Origin: Eledone cirrhosa
Taxonomy: Eukaryota
Direction: 5' to 3'
Assembly: GCA_964016885.1 (NCBI GenBank)
Contig: OZ024741.1
Coordinates: 298,158,001 to 298,222,000, forward strand
DNA: 64,000 nt
Shown here: piece after piece, positions 1-13,400 of the stretch
Numbering within the stretch: the first letter of the stretch is position 1
How the letters are laid out: each line of letters begins with the position of its first letter
Program-made: the position numbers and the translations under genes
Notes under the pieces: generated by a model
The model's input: only the letters and a program-made list of their open reading frames with translations
The model's database searches: none
What the model was told of the DNA's origin: nothing

Positions 1-212
1 AAGGCTGAGATGGTATGGACATGTGATGCGCATGGAGGGTGACCGCTGAGTAAAGAAGTGGCAAGAAATCCCAGTAGAAGGAAGACGCAGTAGAGGTAGA
101 CCATGAAAAACATGGGCGTAAGTGGAGAGATGCTGTGCTGAATAGGACCCATCCAACCCTTGCAAGCAGGGAAAAGTGGACATAAAATGATGATGATGAT
201 GATGATGATGAT
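1..212 (+). mobile_element. 3' end of an RTE-clade LINE with (GAT)n tail
   Basis: Encodes RLRWYGHVMRM...RGRP.KTW, ends in a gatgat repeat. Confidence 0.85.
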
Positions 213-1831
213 GAAACTGGAAGTAATGGCTTATCAGTAACTTCAGGGGAGAAGATCATTTTCAGCCCTAGACAAGATGAAAGGAAGGAAGAGTTATACA
301 GTCGAATACAAGAAAGGAATTGTGGAGGAATCACTGGGCAAGAATCTTATTATTTTCTGCAAAGAAAAGAATCTGGATCTCCGAATGGTTCAAAGATGGA
401 GAATGGACTACGATAAACTCAGTCAGGACATGGACAAGGGAAATGCAAAGAAACGTAAGCGTAGATCTGGTCGACAACCGATATTTCTTGAGCTGGAAGA
501 CGCCATCTGTGAATGATTGCTGAAAGAAGAGCCAGAGCTTTGGTTGTTCACAGGGCTGATATTCAAACATTTGCCCTTACAAATGCACTAGAGTTTGGTA
601 TAGTTCCAGAAGAATTCAAAGCATCCAAACACTGGCTGCATAATTTCCTTCAGCGACAAATTTTCTTTGAGAAGATCGACAACACTGTTCAAACTGGACG
701 ATACTGAGATTATTAAATGTGCACTTGCATTTAAGTCTTTTGTTGATGGAATAGACTTTTCTAACTACCATCTCTCCGACATGATTGCTATGGATGAAAC
801 AACAGTATTCATGGGTCAAAGCTCTCAATCTACAATTGATCAAAAGGGTGCGTCATCAATTTACATTCCATCCACTGGTTACGAAAGTGCACGAGTTACG
901 TGTATCTTGGCAATTTGTCTCGCTGGAAGCAAATCCCCACCTCTTATCATCACTAAAGGCAAGAAAGATAAAATTGAATGCGTTTCAGATATCTGTGTTC
1001 TGGAAACTGAAAAGGCGCGGTGCACACAGGCAGTTTTAAGGAAGTGGGTCGATTTCATGCTGCCATTGATTTTGCGTGGAACCCAAAGAGGTCTCATAGT
1101 CTGGGATTCAGCCAGCATGCACCGTGCCAAAGATATGAAGAACTTTCTTGTAGAAAGAAGAATTGATCAAATCATGATTCCCGCAGGAATGACCACCTAT
1201 CTCCAGACTCTTGACATCGCACTGAATAAACCATTCAAGGACCATCTGCGCATGGAAATAAATGACTACATCGAAAACAAAATGGCAAGAAATGAGCGGG
1301 GAAATTTCGTGAAGCCCAGCCTTCAAGAGATCGTGACTTGGGTGGGAAATTCATGGAACAAAATCACAGATAGCTGTGTCATGAATGCACTACGAGCAGG
1401 CTATCTGGATAAGAACTCTTCATTCAATTCGACCTCTATCGCTTAACATGAAAGACTAGGAACGAAAATTCTGCAGGCAATTGAGTCACAAGAAAATTCC
1501 AGAGGAATTATTGAATCCCCTGATTTGGAAAACAATGACATTCCAGAGCAGGATGACATGAATATTTTTGAATAAATTAGTGGATTATTTCGCTCATGAG
1601 TTTTTGAATTAAAGGGTGTGTTAATTTTTAATAAATTTGATCTTTCAAGTAAACGTTGCGCGTAAATACCGATTGTTCTTTCGTAATTTCCAATCATTTA
1701 GCGAATTTGTAATTTTCGGTTTCGTAGTGTCGTTTTTTCGGTATATGAATCCTCTCCCCCGAAAATAAGCCATAGTGGTACATTTTGGAGTAAAAATTAA
1801 TAAGTCATGGTTTATAATCGGGGAAACACAG
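213..1831 (+). mobile_element. pogo/Tigger-family DNA transposon with frameshifted transposase
   Basis: ORFs 277-516 and 513-707 (HTH/CENP-B-like, ASKHWLHNF) and 667-1446 (AMDET, LIVWDS, LQTLD catalytic motifs); end ...ttataatcggggaaacacag followed by TA. Confidence 0.85.
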
Positions 1832-2429
1832 TATATATTTAGGGAAGGAGGAGGTGAGCTATGTTGAGAGACCTCCTGGGTATATTTAACAGTGTCTGAT
1901 GTTTTTCTTTTTGCTGTTGGTGGTGGAGCTTCTACTGTCATAGAGTGGCAGTTTTAAACTCCTCAGTGATGGCCTGAAGAACAATGATAAACAGGAGTGG
2001 GCTAAGGACTGATCCTAACACTAAGTGACTAATTCTTATGTACGACCTTTTCTTTCAAACACTGCTATATATATTTTTGCTTTTCTATTATGTCCTTTTC
2101 CCCTAAAACTTATTTTCGCTTTTACGTTATCTCATATGCATTTTTTTGGCTGTTTCTCTTCTAATGTCCTATTTCTTGTCCTCTCTCCTGAACCTGAGCC
2201 CCTCCACAACTCCTGTTCCACTGGCAGCAACAGATTCTGACCAATCAAACAAGCAGTTTCTCACCAGGATAAGCAAACTTGTTATGACAGATCAGTTTGG
2301 AAAGTGGGCTGAAATATCTTACAATCTTCACGAATATGACTGGAAGACCATGCAAACTCTCTACATCCCAGACACAGGAAACCAAATCTAATACTAGTCA
2401 GCCCATCTTCCAGGTTCTTCCCGTTTCCT

Positions 2430-4950
2430 GTAAACTTCAAAATTTCAGGACCACCACTATCAATGTTGCAATGATGAAAGGGAGATTATGTGAGATTGTA
2501 GGGTTACTAAAGTGAAAGCAAATTAATGTGTGTTGTATACAAGAGACTAGGTAGAGAGGGGCATCAGCCAGGTTCAGTACGGGTAAGAAACAGTGCTACA
2601 AGTTCTTCTGGATAGGTAATGATCTTGGACTGTGAGGTGTATGTGTCCTGCTAGTGGAAAATGGGTAGACAAATTAACTGACATCATTAGGGTGAATGAT
2701 AAGAGTCATTAAGATTAGGCAAGTTGAAGGTAAGATGATTATGGCAATTATCTCTGCACATGCACCCCAATCAGGACTGACAGATGAACTGAAGGACAAT
2801 TTTTATGAGACCCTTATGCCCACTACCTCTTTAACAAGTGATGGTGACATTATAATCACAGCTTTGGATTTCAATGGTCATGTTAGGCAATGCTGTGAAG
2901 GTTTCCATGGTATCCATGCTGGCTTTGGATTTGGTACAAGAAAGGAGGAGGGGATCAAGGCTCCTGAAGTTTTGTGATACCAATGGCCTGACTATCTGCA
3001 ACAGAAATTTAAAAGAAAACAGTTATCCACTTGATCACCTACAAGTCAGCTGAGCACTGGTTTTATCCTCACCAGAAGCCAAGACAGACTGATGGTTGTA
3101 AACACAAAGGCTCTCCCTAAGGAGGAGTGTACAACCCAACATAACAGTGTTAAGCAAGTTTAGAATCAGAGCTAGGGAAACTATGAGACAGAAGGCAAGC
3201 TGGAGGAGGACATGGTAGCTGAGGGAGCCATCAGTTGATGACAAATTAAGGCATTCCCTGATTGATGCTTGTGACTGTAAGGGAAAACGAGTTTGAGACT
3301 GGAAGCATAGATGAACAATGGTGGTTCCTGTGGGATAACCTGCTGAAGGCTACTGATGAGATCTTGGCTGGTAAAAGGCCCCAGGACAACATAGAGGGAC
3401 TTGGTGGTGGAATATAAGAATGGATGAGGTTATTAAAGTTAAAAAACAGGTGTGCAAAAACTGACAAAATGGGGGAAGCAGGGAACAGTATCAAGATGCT
3501 AGAAGAGAAGCAGAAAACAAGAAGTTTGAGCACGTTCTGCACTGCGAATATCATAGGCAAGAGGTGTTCAGGATTGCATGGCAATGTGTGTGAGGTAAAT
3601 CCAAGATGTTGGGGAGAAATGTTTCCAAAATGATAATGGTACATTTGCCCTCACAAATGGTGAGAAAAAAAGAAACATGGAAATGCCATTTCAAGAGACT
3701 GTTAAATGAGGAGAAAACATGGGAGGAAGATGGCCTGCCTCAAGCAGATCGAACAGAAGACCAGCCATCCAAGTTAGCAGCAGTGTAGTAAGTAAGGCAA
3801 AACAGCAGGTCCATCAGGGATAGTGACTGAAATGCTGAAAGAATCTCGTTGGGCGGGGCACACATTAACGATGCACATAGTAAATCAAGTAATACAAGAT
3901 AGTGTCGTACATAATGACTGGTGTAACAGCAGCATCAACTGCTTTAAAGAAGTAAAAGGAGACACACTAGACAAAGGAAACTACAGAGGCATCAAGTTGA
4001 TGGACCAGGTTATGAAAGTTATTACTGAAAAAGTTATTGCACAACTAATTCAGAATAGAATTTACATAGATGAGATACAATTTGGCTTTATGCTGCGTAA
4101 GCTGTGAGACAGCTGCAGAAGTACCTAGCTAAGCGTAAACCACTTTATCTAGCATTTATTGATCAGAAAAGTTTTTGACAGGGTTCTATGCTCTATAATC
4201 TGGTGGGCTCTTTGAAAATTAGTGTTAGAAGACAGGCTGGTAAAGGTGGTACAAGCTATTTACAGAGGTGTAGTTAGTAAGGTTAGAGTTAAACAATGAA
4301 TGTAGTGAAGAATTTAGTATGCAAGTGTGGGTCTACCAGGGCTCTGTCCTCAATCCCTTCCTGTTTATTATTGTCCTTTAGGCCATAACAGTGGAGTTTA
4401 AAACTGGATTCCCTTTGGGAACTCTTATATGCTGATGATCTAGTCCTCATAGCTGAAACTACAGCAGAACTGGAGAAAAAATTCCAGACAGAAAAAGCAA
4501 AATCTTCAGAGTCAACCTAGTAAAGATCAATGTCCTAATAAGTAAAACAGAAAACAAGGCCCTGATTCCTTCAGAGAAATGGCCTTGCTCAGTATGCAGG
4601 AAAAGAGTAGGCAGAAATTCCATCTTATGTACAAAATGTAAGTTTTGAGTACATAAAAGATGTAGTGGGATCGCAGACAGGCTAGCAAAGAGTGTAGGCT
4701 TTGTATGTAGCCAATGCACAGGCGCAGTAAGCAACAAGAACACACAGGAAACAAGTCCCATCAAATGTTAAGAGGGTTCCCTAGAAATAGTCGACAGCTT
4801 CTGCTACATAGGGGGACTAAGTTAGCAATTGGAGTGGGTATTGCAAAAGTACAGTTGCCAGAGCAAGGACTGGTTGGAAAAAGTTCAAGGATCTACTACC
4901 ACTGCTAGCTACAGAAGGTCTTTCCCTCAGAGTAAAAAGGAAGATTGTAT
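2430..4950 (+). mobile_element. Degenerate RTE LINE (AP endonuclease plus RT)
   Basis: Broken frames with SAHAPQ, DFNGHV, NYRGIKLM, QFGF, LLYADD motifs. Confidence 0.85.
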
Positions 4951-5688
4951 TTGAAAAATGTGGGCTTTGTTGCTTCACATGCACCTCTGTCTACTTTTTT
5001 CCATCTCCAGGGGTATTTTCCCAATTTTCTCAACTATTATTTATAATAGTCGACAGTTAGTATAATCATTTACTTTGTGACACATGCATTGTAAATTTCC
5101 CCAATGCTTCTTAAGTCAATTGCTTTGTTTACATTTCTAGCTAAAAATCCTTCTAAAAAGTTGAAATTGATGGCCAGTGGTTCTTTAGAATTGTGGTTAA
5201 TGCACATGCCCAGAATGAAGGGTTCAATTCTTTACAGGCACCTCTATCTTCTTTTCTTCTGAAGGGTTACTTTACTAAATTTACTAAATTATTATTATAT
5301 TGATTGAGTTATTATAGCCATTTGTATTGAGATATGAACATTTTAATTTTCATATTTATATATTTATTTGTATATGTATATATAACCTTTCAACCCCTAT
5401 TTCAGCTGTGATGCCATTATTTTGAATAACATATTGTACTGGTAATTTAATGCTGAATGTCCATGCTTTATATAAATTTTTACGAGAATATTAATAAAGA
5501 TTATTAACAAAAGGGAAACTCATGAATGAAATAGTTTAGTTGTCCAATTTTTCACTTCCTGGCTTTGTTGAAGATTTCATTAATATTGTTTTATGATATT
5601 GTTAAATATTTGTAGAAGTTTGAAAAATATATATTTAAGACTTGTTTAGATGTTCTTGACTTCTAAAGCTAACAATAGGGTTTCCAAT

Positions 5689-5693
5689 CTAAC
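5689..5693 (-). CDS. LRRC9: Putative terminal exon coding part (GT TAG) followed by AT-rich 3' UTR
   Basis: Acceptor atctttttcag followed by an in-frame TAG; minus-strand AATAAA near 5363. Confidence 0.45.
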
Positions 5694-5825
5694 CTGAAAA
5701 AGATAAATATAAAAATACATATTCAATACTATGGATGGATATACAGTGAAATACATAAACACCACTAAAACGTTTATAAAAGGATTTGTAGAAAATATAT
5801 ATTCAACCCATTAAAAAGATGAAAT

Positions 5826-6460
5826 CATCATTATCATTTTACATCCACTTTACATGCTGGCAAAGGTTGGAAGGGTTGTCGGGGTCTTAGACTAGACTGG
5901 TCAGAGATCGATGTTTCTGGTTCATATGATCGATATTTTAGCATGGTTTCTATTGCTGGATGCTCTTACTAATGCCAACCACCTTACAGAGTGAAGCAGG
6001 TACTTTTATTATGACACAAGCTCTATGACTTTATAGAGTGCACAGCGTGCATTTTATGGCACTGGCACTAGAGAGGTTCTCATATATGGAATATAGAATA
6101 ATTTCATACTAATTGTTTTATTCTGTAGAATATACAGAAAGCAATATATTTCCTACTGTAAAGTGGTCATTTTGGTGACATGACAAAAGGCACTCAGTTC
6201 ACCCTATAAAGTGGTCGTTTTGGTGCCATGACAAAAAGCGGCCAGTTCACACTGTAAAGTGGTCGTGTTGGTGCTACAATAAAAAGCACCCAGTCCACAC
6301 TGTAAATGTGGTTGGTGTTAGGAAGGGCATCCAGCCATAGAAACCAAGCTAGAAATAGTTCTGTATTAGCAAGTTTGATCTGACTTGTCTCACAACAAGG
6401 CAGCTCGTCTAACCCATGCGAGCATGGAAAAATAGATGTTAAACAGTGATCATGATGATG
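5826..6460. mobile_element. Two RTE-tail-related SINE-like copies in opposite orientation, one with internal tandem duplications
   Basis: Shared ggttggtgttaggaagggcatccagcc...acccatgc...aaa(gat)n segment, also at RTE 3' ends (20330-20505, 57910-58086). Confidence 0.65.
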
Positions 6461-6559
6461 ATATATATACATATACACAATACACACATACACATACAGC
6501 ATATACACAATACACGGATACACATACAGACACACACACATATACATATATGTATGCAA

Positions 6560-7350
6560 GTGAGGACAGGAGCTGTGATGAGTGTGAAGAGAAGACTGCT
6601 GAGTATCAGGGGACAGTATAAAGCCCATTACTCTTTGTAGATGAGATGGAGGTACATGGGAGTTGCAGTACACATGACCTGGTGTTAATAGTGGATGGAC
6701 TGACAGAAAATATGAATAGGTGAGGCAAAAGGTACGAAGAGGAATATCTGAAAGACAAAGATGATGGAAAGAACAGGAAGGTGGCTGTGTGCAATGTGCC
6801 CGAAGGGTGCTAGACTGAACTGTAGTAAACATACTGGATGGGTACAATAAAAATATAGTGATGTGAAGGGATTATTAAATAATGTGTGAGCTACATTTAA
6901 GTGTAAAGAGTGTATGGGAGGAGTTACAGATGGAAAGGATATTGAGCTGGATATTGGGAATGGTATGAATAAAGAAGGTGTGAAAATATGTTCTCCCTTG
7001 GGAGACATGTTGATTGCATGTGGTGGCAGTAGTTAGAATCAAAAGTGCATAGAAAAGGTTTCAGAAAAGGTGGCATGCTAATGAGGCAGGCAATATCGCT
7101 GAAAGTGAAGGAAAGATGTATGCTGCATGTGTGAGAAGCAAGACATGGCTGATGATGTGGAGCAACATATAAGGCTAGAAAGAATGATGATGAGAATGCT
7201 TCAGTGGATCAGCAGAGAATAATTCACAAAGAGGAATTCCAGAGGATGATGAGAATACAGCCAGTGATGAATGTTGTAAAATGAAATGGAATGAGATAGT
7301 TGAGCTATGTGTTGAGGAATGATGAAAGTGACTGGGTAAGTGGTTGCTCA
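6560..7350 (+). mobile_element. Old RTE LINE fragment
   Basis: Decayed post-RT region similar to the RTE C-terminus at 56780-57703. Confidence 0.55.
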
Positions 7351-7848
7351 GGCTGTTAAAAATAGCAGTTAAATCTTTTTCAAAAATACACTCTACAGTT
7401 TCAAAATTGAAAGGACATATTGCATAATTTATTCTTAGCTACCTTATGTTTGATGAAAAAAGAGTGTTAATGGCTAGAATATCTTTTGAGCATTACTTTG
7501 TTGAATCAGGTTTAGCATGGGGCTAAAATAAAACAGCAGTTATTCAACAACTCACTACTTACTATTAATCTGCTCAATAAGAACTAGCCTATTGTTAACT
7601 AACAACAACTAATGCAGAGTTTATGAGACGATGAGGAAGTTAATTAATATCTGTACATACAGGGTGACCACCAAAAAATATATACAGACTTTGATTACTA
7701 GTAAAGGCAATATTTATTTGAATGCTGTTGAAGTGTATATATATTTCTGGGGGACACCTTGTATATTCTACAGAGTTTAATGGAGACTGCTTAAATGTAT
7801 ATATAAATATATATATTGAGTATCTAGACATATAAACGTAAAATTTAC

Positions 7849-7863
7849 CTATTTTCCTGACAA
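7849..7863 (-). CDS. LRRC9: Putative 15-nt microexon (F-V-R-K-I)
   Basis: ttttcag|TTGTCAGGAAAATAG|gtaaat; frame-preserving, phase 1 on both sides. Confidence 0.45.
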   Translation of the reverse strand: MSGK

Positions 7864-7879
7864 CTGAAAAACATTATAA

Positions 7880-7929
7880 ATATTCTTAATCAATTTTCAA
7901 CCCTAATTGGGGTTTCATCAGATAATATG
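7880..7929 (-). ncRNA. Hammerhead-ribozyme-like motif, sense to the LRRC9 pre-mRNA
   Basis: ATATTAT-CTGATGA-AACCC caatta GGGTT-GAAA-ATTGATTA-AGAATAT on the minus strand. Confidence 0.4.
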
Positions 7930-8084
7930 CACATCAAACAACCAGAAGGAAATACATATCTGAGAGCCTTATAAAGCCTAGTAAATGTAGTAGCAATTTC
8001 TAATGAACATAATAATTTGCATATTTTTAGTGTCCATGCTGGTAGTTGATTTTAATATATATTGAGCTGTATACTAAGAAACCA

Positions 8085-8235
8085 AAATATACATTAGAAG
8101 TGGCTCAGACTGCTAGAAATAATAATATACATTAGAAGAGGTGCAAACTGCTAGAAGTAACAATATACATTAGAAGTGGCTCACACTGCTAGAATAATAA
8201 TATACATTAAAAGAGGCTTGGACTACTTGGAATAA
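8085..8235 (+). repeat. About 39-bp tandem repeat, 4 copies
   Basis: aatatacattagaagtggctcagactgctagaaat units. Confidence 0.8.
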
Positions 8236-8449
8236 CAATCTCTCATAAATAACATTCTTACTGTCTTTTGAAAAAGAAAAAAAGTAATATTGGATAATGT
8301 AATTTCAGATTATCAGTCTGAAAAGGTGGAGTAGTCATGGCTAGAATGTCTTTGATCATAGATCTTCTTGGTCATGGCTGATATGGAGTTAAACAATGGT
8401 ATCAAGAACATTTTAAAGGTTAAATAGGTGATGGCACTTGTTGTTGAAC

Positions 8450-8940
8450 CTCCATTGATTCTGAAGCTGTGTGTTATAGTTGTTTGATCAATGGAACAGC
8501 TTGTTCATGAAATTAATGTGCAAGGGATTGAGCATTTCACAAGTACATGTACCCTTAATGCAATTCCCTGGGAGATTCAGGATGATGGTGCATGACAAGG
8601 TTGGCTCTTTGAATTAAAGGTACAATCCTTATTGCCATCTGAGTGGACTGGAGCAATGTGAAATAAAGTGTCTTGCTCAAGGACACAGTGGACTGGAGCA
8701 ATATTAAATAAAGTGTCTTGCTCAAGGTCACAGTGGACAGGAGCAATGTGAAATAAAGTGTCTTGCTCAAGGACACAATAGACTGGAGCAACATGAAATA
8801 AAGTGTCTGGCTCAAAGATGCAGTAGACTGGAGTAACTTGAAATAAAGTGTCTTGTTCAAGGACACAACATGCCATTGGGAATCAAACTCATGGTCTTAT
8901 GATCATGAGCCAAACATTTTAATCACAAAGTAATGCACAT
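8450..8940 (-). mobile_element. tRNA-derived SINE with an internal 42-bp unit amplified about 5 times
   Basis: gtggactggagcaatgtgaaataaagtgtcttgctcaaggacaca repeated; a single unit occurs in related SINEs at 15523-15873, 52560-52840, 59640-59915. Confidence 0.75.
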
Positions 8941-8992
8941 TCACTAAATGAGTGATAGATATGCATCAAATGATAAAAAAACTCATTCTTAC

Positions 8993-9161
8993 ATTTGCCC
9001 TGAGACTCTGGCACTGTAGAATCACCAACATCCAGTCCAATTGTTACAGTTATATGTGGTATCGTTTGCTTACTGCTACTGCTGCTTAGCTGCATGTTGC
9101 TTGATGTTATTACTGGTAAAATGTTCTCTGAAATACTGGATTGGCTTGAAATTAAGTTACA
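8993..9161 (-). CDS. LRRC9: LRRC9-like C-terminal exon (low-complexity tail)
   Basis: Strong acceptor ttcttgttttcaatttccag, open frame CNLISSQSS...PESQGK, gtaaga donor; could alternatively read through to the stop at 8919. Confidence 0.6.
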
Positions 9162-10431
9162 CTGGAAATTGAAAACAAGAAAATTATCGTCACTCAATGA
9201 TGCCATCACTTCCTTTCCAAACTTAAGCCCATGTAAATAGTTTACCTTTTGCTCTCTTTGTCATGCCAAATAATCTTAACCCTTCAACCTGCCCACAAAA
9301 TCCCACACCTCTCAGTTTTTATATGTTACCTTATCCTCATAATCTTTAAATCTTTACTCTGAATTGCAGTTCTTTGGAACTAATCTCTCACCCCACCCCC
9401 CACAAGCATCCTCATCATCATTTTTATATTGAGTTTTCCATGTTGGCATAGGTTGGATGGGACTTTTTGAGGCAATGTTTTACAACCAGATGCCCTTCCT
9501 GATACCAACCCTTTTAGTTGTTTCTTATGGTATGCCTATTCTAAACTAGGTACACATAGTATGGATAAACACATATTTTTCTGTAGACTAAAATCCAGAC
9601 TGAATATCTATCATATTAACCTCAACAGTTTGAAAAGTGTCAACAAAAGATATGAGTAATGGGCACGAAGAAAAAAAGAAGCAAAAAAGAATTCTCTATT
9701 TCATCTTCTGATTTTCACATTCTTCATGTGTGTTATGAGAAATTCTAGATAGCCAGTGGGATCCAATCAATTATATTGATCTTACTATATTACTGGTACT
9801 TATTCTATTGATATTGAAGGCAGTATAAGTTCTGGTTTTGTTTGAAATTACATCTAATCTGGCATGTAACATGTAATGACACTTTCCTCAGTAGCAACCT
9901 AGTTCATTTGGCAACAGACTCATGTTTCTTTGCCCGACAAGCTGAATATTGTAAGTGGTTGAAGTATTAGCTGCTTTCCAATAGGTTTATTGATGAAACT
10001 GTCGCAGTGGAAACTTCTGGCATTCTTGGTCCCTAAACCACCCCCTTACTCACTACTTTCAGGGCGGAAATGGCCACCTGCAGGAGTTAACCACAAGAGT
10101 TTGAATGGCTATTTCAATGTGTCTCTCTTGCTAAACTCCAGAGTTACACTTTCACTTTCTCCATTCTGTTCAGTGGGACTATGAGGCTCCTTGCATCTAG
10201 TCTTCTATACATCAGAGAGCCTTCTCTCACACTGTCCAGGCTCATATAATTGGTGTAACAATGATATAGGTTACTGATATCTATGATATCTGTTGACAGA
10301 CACAGACACATAAATTATGAACAACCAATCATCTAGTCAGTGATGGCTATGTTTACATATTCTTATATCAGAGTACAGTAGTAGGCTATCATCTCAATTG
10401 GACTCTCAAAGTGAGTTAGTGAATTAGTTAT

Positions 10432-13400
10432 TGTAACATGACAACTAGGTTTTGATTTAATATTTCAGAATTTATGACCCTTTGAGTGTGCCTTAAAAAA
10501 GATGTCACATGATTTAATATTAAAAATAAAGATAACCAAGATGGCGAAATAAAGTAACATTGTTTAAAGATGTGTCTGCTTCATTTGTGTAAACAACATG
10601 CCATGGAGACAGACTAAAAAAAATTGAATGTCAAACAATCACAAAGGTGATACCAATATTGTAAAGAAGTAAAATTTTTCTTTATCAAACAAGTGCAAGT
10701 GATCCGAATTGAATGACAGACATCAAAGATGGTGTCATCAGTAATTTTGCTACCAAATCTGGACGGGTCCAATGAAAATGAGTGCAAAGCTCATAATGAA
10801 TGGACTCTTACTTCACTATGAACAAACTAGATAAGAAATTGAAACACAATTATATTTTGCTTAGCACAGGACCAAAGGGTTGATAATTAATACAAAATGC
10901 AGTTGAAAAGAAAGAAATATCAGCAAACGCATTCAGAATTTCTTAAGCCCATCTGATACAAAAACCAAACAAATGGGTTGAATGATTAAAGTTCTCATCA
11001 GTACAACAAACTAAAGAGTCAATTGAATATTTAGTTAGATTTAAATCAAAAGCAGAAAAAAATCTTGGAACAAATAATAAAAAGACTGAAGTGAACAGAT
11101 GAAAAAAGAAACATTATAAACAAACCAAATCAGATACTAAAGTTAGCTATTGAAAGCATAAGAGCATATGAAGCTACATTAAAAAACAGTACATATTACA
11201 ATATTGCCAGTAAAAAAAAAAGGGTACATGTCATGGAGTAACAAGAAAAAATACCAGACAGTGTGGAAAATGTGAGAAATCTCATGGAAAAAGAAAAGAA
11301 GACTGTTGTGCAAACAGAGAGCGCAGAAAATGCCTTAGACTATGCCATTTTGAAAATCACATACCAAAAAAGAAATCCCAGTCCACATAGGCTCAGAAAA
11401 CAAAGCCCATACAAGACCAGAAAATAAAGCCCATACTGACACAAAAACAAAATAACGAAAAGAAAAATATGAATGTCACTTACACAGAATATTATTCAGA
11501 TCAACTAGAAGACTTGTATGTAAACACTATAGAAAACAAAGAAGACAAAAGTCTTAATAACAGTAACAGAAAGAAAATATTTGATATCAGAGATTGTAAA
11601 GATTCCTATAAAAGAAAGCACAAAATATAAATGAAAATAGATATTGGGGCCAATAGAAACATATTACTCCTCAAGCTATATAACCCTCCATCCAACCAAA
11701 AAATGTTAATAAAATTACTGGCAAACCAATAAGTCTTCAAAGTAAATGGCACCAAAATACCACAATATGGTTCGATGGTCCTCAGCATTAGACATAAAAC
11801 TTCTGACACCATTCAGGCCAAATCTTTTGTGTGTGGAAATGATACAACAATATTAAGTCAAGACATTGTATAAAGTTGGGCTTGGTTCAAATTAACTGTG
11901 ATATCAGATCATCAGATATAAAAAACAGCTATGAAGTATAGAAAACATTGAAAGTGAATAACTTGACATATTTCAGGGAAATTTTTCAATGCATTACAAG
12001 AACTTACCACAAAACTGCAACTCTTAAGGAAATTTCCCACAAACTAGCTGGTGTTAAATATTTTACAAAATTAGATGTAAAGCATGGTTAGTGTGCAATA
12101 TATCTTGACGGTGAATCAAGTTTGCTTACATTCTTCAATACATCTTTTGGTAGATACAAACACTTACAGTGTCCCTTTGGACTCAAGATGTCACAGGACA
12201 TTTATGAACAAAAAATGAACCAAATCCTAAAAGATTGCAAAGGAGCCATTGGTATGTCTGATGATATTTGCACATATGGTAAAATAATTGAAGAACATGG
12301 TAAGAACTTGAGAAGGACAATGGATATGGCCGGAAGGTATGTTCTAGACAAGTGCAAAGTGAGACAAAAACAGATCAAATGTTATGATATGATCTGGGAT
12401 GATAATAGCTCTCACCTAGATCCAGAAAATGTGACAAAATCAAATCAAAGACCACCTCTACAAACTATGAAGAACTTCAGCCATTTTTAGGTATGATCCA
12501 ATACTGAAACCCTTTCATACCAGAGCTTTCATACATTCTCTGTGCATTGTTTGGCTCAGTTCAGCCAATCGCTATCAGTGTAGGAGAATGTATCTCGACT
12601 TCCGCCCAGAGGGAAAAATTCCTGCGGCGATTCAAAAATCTCTCTTTTGCTGCTTTGGACTCTGAAAGGTCAACACGCAATTATGTAATGGTGAGATTTT
12701 CACTTTGGCCTGTCGGCCTCCTTTGGCCCGGCACAGCGCTTTTTCTTTACTCCTTAAAACTCTTAATTTTGTTTGTTCCTTTCCTTGACTTGTGAACCCA
12801 GCTTAACTTTTGTGGTCGGTTGTAAATAAAGCTTGTAAAATATTATAAAGTCTCATAATAAAATTTTCTACAAAGCCTGCAGTGAGCTGCAACTATTTCA
12901 GCAGACATTCACTTTGTGGCTAACTTTGCCTCTCTCTCACTTAACAAATGTTACATCTCTCACTATAACAAATAACAGCCATGTTATCATCATAATAACC
13001 ACTAAAAATACTCTTCGTTAAAGATTCAAGCATATTAGGTCTAGGTGCAACACTAATCAATGATGGCAAAATTGTTGAATTTGCTAGCAAAAGACTAACT
13101 GATGCTGAATCAAGATATGCAAACATAGAAAGGGAGATACATGCAGTGTTTGGTTGTGAACATTTTCAGACACCCCTCAAGACTACAAAGAATGTTGTTA
13201 AGGCTATAACTATATGATGCTCAAATCATACAAACCAGGTAAAGAAATGAGAGTTCTAGATTTTTTATAAAGAGTACAGCCAACACAAGGCAAAGAAATG
13301 GAACTAGATCTTACAATATATACTGTCGCAGAAGCAAATAGAGTTACAAGAAGCTACAGAAGATGAAGAATTGAAAATACTAAAACAAATCATAATAAGT

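Noticed and set aside
667-1446. Domesticated pogo-derived gene
   Set aside because: Frameshifts between the DNA-binding and catalytic parts and a premature stop at 1444 indicate a dead transposon copy
3350-3362. Other isolated CTGANGA words, e.g. ~1975 and ~3353
   Set aside because: No stem II or GAAA at suitable spacing; they lie in RTE-derived sequence
8645-8870. Regular repeats here and at 33275-33612 resembling a CRISPR array
   Set aside because: No unique spacers, units derive from SINEs, eukaryotic context, no cas genes
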